Positions 36,328-46,789 of a DNA stretch of 64,000 nucleotides are shown here, one piece after another. The stretch lies in NCBI GenBank assembly GCA_010909165.1, contig VJWM01000266.1:115921-179920 (forward strand). Reading direction: 5' to 3'. The DNA comes from Anthoceros angustus. Lineage: Eukaryota > Plantae > Anthocerotophyta. Each line of letters opens with the position of its first letter. Position 1 is the stretch's first letter. Below the pieces are notes generated by a model. That model saw only the letters and a program-made list of their open reading frames with translations. It was not told the origin of the DNA and did no database searches. The position numbers and the translations under genes were made by a program.

Positions 36328-38070
36328 AAAGGCAGGCTTTTGCGAGGCTAAGTAGGCCGGATATTCTAACAACGGAAGAGGAATGCCTCCGCACACCACG
36401 GGCCAGCATGGAGGGTAGACTCATTTCTTGCATGACATTTGAGTGTGGGCCTCACGGATTTTTGACAGCATGTGGCCACCTTGTGGTTGGAGCAGCGAAC
36501 GAAGAGGGGAGAAGGCTCATGTATCTCATGGATGTCCAGGGTTGTCCCATTTGAGTTGTCTTGGGCAACCGTGGACCTTGTCATCGCAGTTGGAGGCCGA
36601 TCATCTCCTCGCAGGAAAGGGTCGTGGCGGGATCCACGCATTGTTCTATGACTCGATGAGGATCTTGCTGATCCAAAGGGCAAGAAAGGCCTTGCGGATA
36701 CATGTTGAGAATGTGCCAGCATGCATGAGCATGAAGAAGCAAGTCCAGAGGATTTTGGCATGATCCGAGGAACCGAGAAGGAACGCGGATTGCTTGGGCA
36801 AGCATTTGACATGAACATGATGACCGCGTACCGGAGTCGCTACCAACTTCAAACCAAGAAGGCGGGGTTGAAGCGGGTTTGGGTGCAAGGCATTCCCAGA
36901 TCTCAACAGGAGAAGGCGAGTTTGGAGGCAAGGAGAGTGGCGTAGAGGAAGCGCAAGCCATCGAGCCACAACCACATGAGTGGTTAACAGCGAGTTGAAG
37001 AGCAACCAGCGGCGTAAAGGAGTTGTTGGAGGCATCGCGACATGTGTTTGCTTTCACGCTTGGAGATGGGGAAGTACACCAAAGGGAAGTTCCACATAGA
37101 ACTAATCAAGGATGAACAAGTGTTCAGAGGAGGCTCCAAGGCAAGAAGAAAATGTCAGGGGAGAGTAGTCCATGACTGATGAGGATGTCAAGACAACCCT
37201 CCACTCATGGACAAGGTTCATAACCTCGACGACATTCCGAAGATTGGTTTTGTGCACAATGCGCTACATGAGGTGCGTGTGTAGTCCTACTAATGATAAT
37301 GTTTTGACTTAGAGTCTCACATTATCGTGGGGATTGGTTGCACCTATATATCTAGATTTAGATTTGTTTGCTTGGTTGTTGGTCGAGGAAGTGCTTATAT
37401 GAATTCAAGTGCTTACCTGCATGCCACATGTGATACTAATCTCTGCACTTGGGTTTAGTGTTTGATTAGCATTAATTAATCTAATTACTTATCTTTAAGT
37501 AAGTAATTAGTGTTAATTAATCTAAAGTGCTTATGTTAATTAAGCATTGATTAGTGTTAATTAATCTAATGTGCTTATGTTAATTAAGCATTGATTAGTG
37601 TTAATTAAACATGGTTAGCAATAGCTAAGTGGATAAGCTCAAGTAATATGCTTTGGCATATTCCTTGCATATTATAGTGTATTCTTAGGATACAATAGCT
37701 AAGTGGATAAGCTCAAGTAATATGCTTTGGCATATTCCTTGCATATTATAGTGTATTCTTAGGATATTTCGCATATGCGATGCCAATAGGATATCTTAGG
37801 AATATGCTGTGGTCTAGTATATATAGACCCTTCCATTGAGGACAAGCTCGGATCATAGCTTGTCCTCTAGATATGCAATGCAAGGCGTTGTGAGGAGGCC
37901 AAAGCTATGACCGACATACATGTGAGGAATTTGCGTGTTGTTCTCGTGGGAGAGTGTGTTTGTCGACTTGCTACTCCCTCCTGTTATATTGGTTGCACCT
38001 ATATATCTGCGTATTAGATTTGTTTGCTTGGTTGTTGGTCGAGGAAGTGCTTATATGAATTCAAGTGCTA
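36328..38070 (+). mobile_element. Family-2 copy 3, heavily deleted (DNMT fragments, 3' end, LTR)
   Basis: DNMT motif IV-VI and X fragments at 36528-36830, the same 3' end as the other copies, and an LTR at ~37334-38070. Confidence 0.8.
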
Positions 38071-38099
38071 CTCTCTGTGCGGCGAGGAGGTTAGGCGAC

Positions 38100-39165
38100 T
38101 TCATACGTCCATCGACACAATCGCCCGGCTCACCGATATACTCCCGCTTAGCACCATTCGAGAAGTGGGAATCGATTTACGTAGGGGCAGCGGACCGCTG
38201 ACCAATCAGACGAGCGGTACATTACGGGTGGCTACATTATTGTACAAAGATGGTGGAAGCAGCGGCAAAGGAAGGATGGCGCAGAAAGTAAAGTTTCTCA
38301 GAAACATCGAGAGTATTCTTACTACGATGTACCCAAAAGAGAATGTTTAAATAAACGAAAAGTGTTTATATACAAAACTCGCGTGAAATTAGTGACTATT
38401 AAGCAAAACTCATATATATATATAACCCTTGGCAAATCACTATGTTTACTTAAGAAGTTAACCCTAACGGGGTTACTTCCGAACATGCCCCCGTAAACAG
38501 AGCAGCTTATTACGACAACGTGACGGCAACGAAAAAACCATGGCAAGTTCGCTAACCCAGTGCCTCAGTCTCTGTGCCTTTGCTATCGCCGTGTTCCTCC
38601 TGTATCAGCACCTCCGCGAGGAACAAAGGAGGCAGAAGACGCCCCAAAAGCGAGCTCGTGACACGAGAGACATAACCACGCTGCGGAACGAACTTGCAAC
38701 AGCAGGCGGTGGCGTTTGTGCCGGAGTGCAGACTTTGGCTCGCTCGCCACCGTGAGAATTGACGGGAACCGACACGAACCGGTGGTCGACCGATGAGTAA
38801 CTCAAGTATGCTGCTGCCATCCGTTACCAGAGTGATCACCTGAAACCATAGGCTGCAGTTAGCGATTGTGTCCTCGATGAAGCTTCATCCGCCATGCCTG
38901 CAACTTAGGTGACCTATGCAGCCACGTGATGATGTAGCCGGCCATCCTTCACCCATGGCTTCCATGTGCAGCATGTGCTTGTGAGTAGCGGTGTACTTGG
39001 TAAGCAAATGCGATATTCTCATCTGTGAAACATCGAATGTAGACTTACATCGCTCTCTGTAATGCCTAATAAAGTGATGGTGCACTTCTATGTGCTTCAG
39101 GACAGGCGTGAAAACATGGGTTAGTGTCATGGCTATGGTGACATGTTATCACGGTGGATAGGGGT
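38100..39165. repeat. Degraded ~1.06 kb duplicate of 39165-40235 (integrase start, Copia 3' LTR, RNase H tail)
   Basis: ccgatatactcccgcttagcaccattcgagaagtggg occurs at ~38133 and ~39194. An LTR copy lies at ~38300-38485. Confidence 0.85.
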
Positions 39166-39949
39166 TGGGCGACCCATTGTCGACACAATGGCCACCGATA
39201 TACTCCCGCTTAGCACCATTCGAGAAGTGGGAATCGATTAGAGGGCTGCAAGCACCACCGCAATGGACAAGGAAGCAGTACATTCTGGTGGCTACAGATT
39301 ATTGTACAAAGATGGTGGAAGCGGAAGCGACGAGGAAGGATGACGCACCAGCAGTAGCAAAGTTTCTCTGTAAAACATCGGAGAGTATTCTTACTACGAT
39401 GTACCCAAAAGAGAATGTTTAAATAAACGAAAAGTGTTTATATACAAAACTCACGTAGAGTCATGACTATTCATAAAAACTCATATATATATATAACCCT
39501 TAGCAACTACTGCTATGTTTACTTAAGAAGTTAACCCTAACGGGGTTACTTCCGAACATGCCCCCAGAAATGAGCAAAGTTGTTACAACAACGTGATCAA
39601 GAAAAAACCATGGCAGTTCGCTAACCCGGTGCCTCGGTCTGCGTGTTTGTGATCGCTGTTCCTCCTCTCAGACAAGACCTCCGCGAGGAACAAAGGAGGC
39701 AGAGAAGACGCCCCAAAAGCGAGCTCGTGACACGAGAGACATAACCACGCTGCGGAACGAACTTGCAGAGCGGTGGCGGTTACGGTGTCGGGAGTGCAGA
39801 CTTTGGCTCTCGTTCGCCACCAGGAGAATTGACGGGAACCGACCGAACTTTGTGGTCAGCCGGCGAGCAACTCAAGTATGCCAAATCTGCTGCCCAGTAG
39901 TGATCACACAGAAACCATAGCTGCAAAGGATTGTGTCCTCGATGAAGCT

Positions 39950-42900
39950 TCATCCGCCATGCTCGCAACTTAGGTGACCTATGCACACCGTGATGTAGCC
40001 GGTACCCTTCACACCCATGGCTTCCATGTGCAGCATGTGCTTGTGAGTAGGCAGGTACTTGGTAAGCAAATCTGCGATATTCTCATCTGTAGAAACATAC
40101 TGAATGTAGACTTGCTTCTGTTCTACAGAATGCCTAATAAAGTGATGGTGCACTTCTATGTGCTTCGTACGGGCGTGAAAACATGGGTTAGCTGTCATGG
40201 CTATGGTGGACATGTTATCACAGTGGATAGGGGTTGGCTGAGACTGGGCAAATCCAAGACCTTGCATGAAACAACGTTCCCAGATAGCTTCCTTGGCTGC
40301 TTCAGTTAAGGCTTTGTACTCTGCCTCGGTAGAGGACAGAGCCACACTAACCTGTTTCTTCGAGCTCCAGTGAATTGCAGCATTTGACAGGGTGAAGCAA
40401 TAAGCTGAAATGCTTCTTCGAGCATCTGGGTGATAGCCCAGTCGGCGTCTGCAAATCCAGAAATGGTATGCTCATTTGATTGCCCCCGGAAGCATAAGCC
40501 GTAATGCTGAGTACCCTTCAAATAGCGTAACACGCGTTTAACAGCCCCCCAGTGCTCTCTGCCAGGTTGTCCAAGAACTGAGAAACAGCACTGACAGAGT
40601 ACTGGATATCGGGGCGAGTCCAACAACTTATGTAATTAAGGCAGCCAACTGCATGGCGATAAGGGACTTGAGACATGGCCTGGCGTTCATCTTCAGTCTG
40701 AGGAGACTGGTCTGCAGATAACTTAGCGCCAGTAACACCTGGAGTGGAGACAGGTTTGGCTTTGTCCAACTGAAAACGGCGAAGAGTCTTTGAAATATAT
40801 TTGGCCTGGTGCAGCAGAATGGTGTGAGAGGCAAGGTCCCTAACGAGCTGGACTCCGAGAACAAAAGTGAGTGGCCCTATGTCCTTCATGTCAAACCTCT
40901 GGTGCAACATCTGCTTGACCCAGGCTAACAATGATGGATCGTTTGACGCGAGGATGGCATCGTCGACGTAGAGGGCCAGCACTACAATCCGTCCATCCTT
41001 GGAATATAGATAGACGTTAGCATCACCTGGGTTCTGTTGGAAACCAAGTGACTTGAGGTATTTATCAATAGTATTATACCATTCCCTAGCAGATTGCTTA
41101 AGGCCATAGATGGTCTTCTTGAGGCGGCAGACCCAGTCTGGGATGCTCAGGGTCAACGAAACCCTCGGGCTGCTGCATATATATGTCCTCCTCCAGCTCC
41201 CCATACAGGTGCATACATCCATTTGTTGCAAATCCCATGCGTTAGCAGCTGCCAGAGCAAGAATCATCCTAATCGACTGTGTCTTGACGACAGGACTGAA
41301 GGTCTCTGTGAAGTCAACTCCAGGAACTTGAGAAAAACCGCGTGCTACAAGACGGGACTTATATCTGGCTATGTCACCATTTGCGTTCAGTTTATGCTTG
41401 AAAACCCACTTGGAACTGACCACTTTCCGTTCTGCTGGCAGGGGACACAACTCCCATGTATCATTCTTGATCAGGGAGTTGTACTCATCCTTGATGGAAG
41501 GAATCCAGTGATCCTTATCAGCTCCTGTAGTGGCCTCAACATATGAGCGAGGCTCGCTTCATAAAAGGAGGCGGTGGCAATAAGAGGTGACAGATCGAGG
41601 GATACATACACCGCACGCGTGGACCCGGAAGTCGAGGTGTATGGTGGTTCAGCCCACTGAGAAGGAGGCAGCCTTGTGCGTCGAGGATATCGAGGCTCTG
41701 GATCTAACATCGCTCATCGGGGAACCACAGGAGGCGTCTGAGCGAGGCCCATACAAAAACGTCATCCGGATCAGACCCAGCTGGAATGTCTTGAGCAAGA
41801 TCCTCAAAGCCTAAAACTCATCTTCGTGTTGTGGCAAGCCTTGGCGATCGTAGCATCTTCATTGTGAGGAACAGCCAAACCATCTGGTTCTGGAACAGGG
41901 ATGTTGTCATCAACAGGCAAAGGAACTACTACAGGCTCGGGCCTCACGGATCAAGAACTGGACTTTGTTGATCCTCGATCCAAGGATGACGAGGCCGACT
42001 CAGAGGGGCATCATCCCGTGGAAAGAAAACGGATCATCAAGATAAATATCTCGTGTGAGTAACAATCTCCTCAGTCGTGTGGCCAGAATGGAAGTACGGT
42101 TTAGCCAAGAGGCTCTTTAAACGTCACACTCCGAGCAAAGACAGCAGCTTTGGTAAGCGTGTCATACAGTTTGTAAGCCTTTGCTTCTTCCCCATAGCCT
42201 ACAAATAGCATCGGTCTCGCCTGCTGTCTAGTTTCTTACGCTTTTCCTTTGGAACATAGGCGTAAGCTGGAGAGCAAGACTTGGAGATGGAGAAGACTGG
42301 GCTTCCTCCGCCATATCACTTCGAAAGGGGTCTGCCCAGCAACTGCACTTGTCAATATCCGATTCAATATGTAAGTGGCACACCACGCCTCGCCCAAAAG
42401 TCTTGCTCAAACCGGACCATGCTAACATGCTCGGGTCATTCCAGTAGGTTTGGTTCCTCCTCTCGAACACCATTTTGCTGCTGAGTATAAGGGACAATCA
42501 AGCCGGATGATCCCATGCTACAATAATCGGTTGAAGTGAGCATGGACGAACTGTTCCCGTTATCCATGCGAAAACACTTCAGCAAGCATCCTGTCTGTCG
42601 CTGTACCATTGGCAGCCACTCCTGGAAGACACTGAAGGTGTCGGACTTCAACCTGATAGGGTAAGTCCAGGAGTATCTACTGAAATCGTCTGTGAGGGTT
42701 AAGTAGTATTGTGCACCACCCAGACTAGGAATGTGGATCTTGCCAGATATGTCCGCATGGACTAACTCCAAGACCTGTGATGCTCGATGAGCAAGTGTTC
42801 TCGGAAAAGGAATTTCCTTTTGTTTAGCTATGACGCAGCATCACACAAAGGAAGGTCCTGAAACACTTAGGTGGGCTCTATAGCATGTGAGGTTCGACAT

Positions 42901-43400
42901 CTTTATCAACTTGTCACGATTAGCATGACCTAATCGGGCATGCCAAAGACTGGCCTCAGCTGCTTGAGACATGTGAGCAACATGAGCGACATCCACAGGT
43001 AGGCAGATTAGATTGAGTTGATACAAATCATGAACTAAAATGCCATTGGCTATGACCTGTTTATCTCCTCCTCGCTGAGTAAGCTCACAGCTGGACGCAG
43101 TGAAAAGGAGGTCATACTTGCGAAGGGACATCAATTGGCTGACAGATATCAAGTTCTTTGCCATGTGTGGGACATGCAACACGTTATCCAAGTGCAGGAT
43201 GAAGCCATCATGAAGACGGAACCTACAGGTACCGTATCCCTTGATGCGTAGTCCTGTACGTGTGACCTCATCACCCAACAACACCTTGTTAGCTATGGCA
43301 GATGCACTATAATGGCTAAGCAAGGACTTATCATTGCAAATGTGAGATGTGGCACCGGAATCTAGGTACCAAGTGTGTGGGGAAGAAATGGAAGAAGACG
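39950..43400 (-). pseudogene. pol: Copia pol (PR, GAG-pre-integrase, INT, RT, RNase H), frameshifted
   Basis: WYLDSGATSH; LWHARLGH; LELVHADI...DDFSRY...QQNG; WVFKHK...YKSRLVARGF...IYGLKQS...LYVDD; ADADWA, SSTEAEY, CDN, TKHI, ADLLTK. Confidence 0.96.
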
Positions 43401-43449
43401 GTGCATTACTACAGGGTGCTTGTTAGAAGTCGACGAGGTAGGTCGATCT

Positions 43450-44352
43450 TTTGTGGTAGCCACATGAACTTGACTGTCGGAAGGCTTCTCGATGGGGCTG
43501 GCCACCTTTCTTCTTTCTACATTCCCTTTCCCAATGGCCCCTGAGACCACACTAGTTGTTCCAAATTTAGTGGGGCCAGCTTGGATGGCCTCCGAGGTAG
43601 GTCTACCTCGCCATTTCCGCTTTAGTGTAAAGGACTTTGTCGGTCTTAGTTCGACCACCATGCTGATTGAAATTAACTCGACTTTGCTCCTCTTGCAACA
43701 GGGCCCCAATAACATCTGTGAGACTGATGGCAGGAGCCTTGCCTGCTGACCTGGCCTTGTCGGCAGCACGTATGGAAGCACCATAGCTGGAGACGAATGG
43801 CTGGTAGCTTTGAGGCAAGCTTGTGAGCAACTGAGCTACAGCGTCCAACTCAGGGAATTGAGAACCAAGGTTGATGAGTTGAGCTCTCAATTGTCGGAAA
43901 CGGAGGATGAAGGGTGAAACCTTTTCTCCTTCTTTGAGCCGCAAAGAAAAGAGCTCTCCTCGAACAGCACACATGGTGAGGATATTCTTAGCCTCATATG
44001 TCTGTAGGAGTTTTGTCCATATTTCTTCGGCTTTGAGAAGGAAAGCCACATCGGGCAGTAGGATCTCGTCCAGCCCGCTAATCAAAACGGCACGAGCGAC
44101 GTGATTGAGGTTCGCCCACTTGTCCTTTTCCTCTTGTGTGGCAGTAGATGCAGGTTCAGTGATGGTGCCATCAACAACTCCCCAAACGTGTCTGGCTTGA
44201 AGGGCAGCGGTCATCCTCACGCGCCAGCCTTCGAACTTCGTACCGTTGAAGCGGTCGCGCTCTTTAAATTCAACGGAGTAAGATGGCTGAGGGATAACAG
44301 GCACAGGAGGGAGTGAAGGATTTCCTCCTGCTCCTCCTCCTGCTGATGCCAT
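43450..44352 (-). CDS. gag: Copia Gag
   Basis: ORF 43603-44352 (RFNGTKFEGWRVRM...LLTSLPQSY), followed by a knuckle remnant CGLRGHWEREC at ~43520-43553. Confidence 0.92.
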
Positions 44353-44621
44353 TTCAACTTTCTGAGTGATTGAGTTGCATGTGCCGGGTGATCAGGCCAG
44401 TGCACACACACTTCTGTTCACGCAGAGAGTTGAAATTGGGCAGGATTTTAGAATTAGGAAGCTATCTGGGAGGTGTTGATGCAGTTCAGATGTCAGCAGG
44501 CATGTTGAGGTAGCGGTGACGGTTGGGGTGCCGGTTGGGATACGCCTGTTGTGCGCAGGGTCGCGACTGCTCCTGGGCGCCTTTTCAGCAAAAAGGCACA
44601 CCTGTTGAGAGCCGTGCCCTT

Positions 44622-45128
44622 CTACAGCAGAGTGTGTGACTCGTGGGATCTGGGCTGCTCGCGCACAGGCGCCAGAGTTTGCTGCAGTGCCACGGCAGAG
44701 GATTGCGCACCAGAAATTGGGAATGCCTGTACCAATTCTGTGACTTTGCGCAAATATTGTTTGATTGCTTCCAGCGCGCTTGAGAACAACACCAGCGCAT
44801 CCACAACCTCAGAGTGTCTCACGGAAATGCCCTCATCTTGGAGGGTCAGAAACGGGAATAGGGCTTTCTCTGTGCGGCCCAATATGTCGTTGAGCACACG
44901 GTAAGCGCCTATAATCTCAAGCAAGCCTGTTGCTCGAGGTCTTATAGTGTCTCTCAAGTCCTCCTCAGAACGCCTTCCTTGATGCACTAGATTAGGAGTA
45001 CGGCTGAAAGGTAAGGTATGTGTACTTCCTTCCAGTCCTTCTCCTTGACACCTTGTGCAAATTGGAAGTCTTATGTTCTGATGATGGCAGGGTACGGTTG
45101 GAGCACGAGATTGTCCTCGGCGAATCAT
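44622..45128 (-). CDS. Uncharacterised 168-aa ORF in the Copia 5' leader
   Basis: Uninterrupted sense ORF with an amphipathic, helical-looking pattern between PBS and gag; no recognisable motif. Confidence 0.3.
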   Translation of the reverse strand: MIRRGQSRAPTVPCHHQNIRLPICTRCQGEGLEGSTHTLPFSRTPNLVHQGRRSEEDLRDTIRPRATGLLEIIGAYRVLNDILGRTEKALFPFLTLQDEGISVRHSEVVDALVLFSSALEAIKQYLRKVTELVQAFPISGAQSSAVALQQTLAPVREQPRSHESHTLL

Positions 45129-45388
45129 TTTAAAAATAGAGTAGCATGTTCTGCTGCCAAATTTGCAGTCAGAACTGCACAGCGGAAGTTCTTAGTTGAT
45201 TTCTGCTGGTTTTAGAAATCCTATTTCTAACGTGTTCATGCAGGCGGTGAAGGTATCTTGGGCACATGACCTAGGAGCCATCAGGGTGATGGTTACTGGG
45301 TTCTGTGCCCAATGAGCCCTTACACTTCATGCATCTTGGACGCTAAAAAGGACATAGCAGAATAGCAGGATCTAGTAGCAACTTGGTT

Positions 45389-45400
45389 GCTCTGATACCA
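45389..45400 (-). promoter_or_regulatory. Copia PBS complementary to initiator tRNA-Met
   Basis: gctctgatacca is the reverse complement of TGGTATCAGAGC and abuts the 5' LTR. Confidence 0.95.
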
Positions 45401-46789
45401 TGTAAAACATCGGAGAATATTCTTACTACGATGTACCCAAAGATTAATGTTTAAATAAATGAAAAGTGTTTATATACAAAACTCACGTAGAGTCATGACT
45501 GTTCATAAAAACTCATATATATATATAACCCTTAGCAACCATTGCTATGTTTACTTAAGAAGTTAACCCTAACGGGGTTACTTCCGAACATTCTCTTCGA
45601 GAACATCATAACGAGGTACGGGTGTCCTTTAGAGTTGGTCAGCGACCGGGGGACACATTTTCTCAACTCTGTCGTTGATTCCCTAACCACCTACTTCAAC
45701 ATCCGCCATCGAAAGATGACCCCCTACAACCCCAAGGCGAACGGATTGACGGAGAAGACAACGGGGTTGCCAAGCTGCACAATCCTCACCAAGGTAATCA
45801 GAACGCACATGTATGATTGGGACGCTCAATTGCATTCAGACTATGGGCTTACAGGACCGCGGAGAAGGTAACCACCAAGAACCCCTTATTATCTGACATA
45901 TGGCATGTCTCCTGTGATGCCCGTGGAATTTGAAGTACCTACCTATAGGATCATGGAGGATGAACGCATGACTATAGAAGATAGCCAAGTAGCTAGGTTA
46001 GAATCTTTCATAGAACAGGAGGAACGTAGAGAAGATGCTTTAGAGGAGACTCAGCGAATTCAGGAGCTCAGAAAAGACCGACATGATGGAAAAGTAAGGA
46101 AGCAGGAGGCTATCGCAGCCGGGGATTTAGTTCTTCTCTCACGATAGTCGGCACTGGACTTCCGTGAAGCTAGGCGAGATGGATGGGACCTTATGAGGTG
46201 GTGGCAGTGCCTAGAATGGGTCCCTAACTACGAGTGATGGAGAATTATCAACATCAGTAGTGAATGGGTGGAAGGTTAAGAAGTACCTTCAACCCGAGAT
46301 ACCTGTTGTTTGCAGACGCAAACAAGTGAGGAGGGGAGTATGTGGAACGCAAAAGTTTGGGCAACCAGTCCAAAAGAGCCAAAGGATGAACGAATTTGAT
46401 TTTTTTTGGCTAAAGACGATTGAAGAGGGGCGTGTTGAGAATTTTCTGAGAAGCTTGGAGCTGGAGTTGTAGGATATTGTCAGGGAGACAAAGAGGATAT
46501 CCTGTAGAAGAAAACGGGTCAAATGACCCCGAGAGGCGAGGCGAAGGGCAAGGCGGCAGGTCAAGTATCATCAGAGTCGCCACACTACACGTAGGTCGGC
46601 GTATCATCGTGGTAGGCCGATTTAGATCCTCAATTAAAAGGAAATTAGAATAGGGGGGATATTCACTATATATGCTCATCAATAGGGGAATAAATGAATA
46701 GGATTAATTAGAAGGTAAGTGATTCGGGGTTATGCATAGGGTAGGGAAATAGGTAATTAGGAGTTTAGGAATGGGAAACCCAATCTAGG

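Larger units (their letters stand above)
39369..45590 (-). mobile_element. Full-length Ty1/Copia LTR retrotransposon
   Basis: 190-bp TG..CA LTRs at 39369-39558 and 45401-45590. TSD TTCTC at 39364-39368 and 45591-45595. PBS-iMet and PPT present. Order gag-PR-INT-RT-RH. Confidence 0.97.
39165..46300 (+). pseudogene. pol: Gypsy integrase split by the Copia insertion (39165-39368 + 45591-46300)
   Basis: LAPFEKW...YILVATDYCTKMVEA...AVAKFL rejoins to FENIITRYGCPLELVSDRGTHFLN...TPYNPKANGLTE when the Copia is removed. Confidence 0.92.

Noticed and set aside
21992-38070. Classification of family 2 as DIRS/Ngaro
   Set aside because: No tyrosine recombinase; it has an aspartic protease, a Gypsy pre-RT stub, a PPT-like G-run and clear homology to the Gypsy at 9864-20022.
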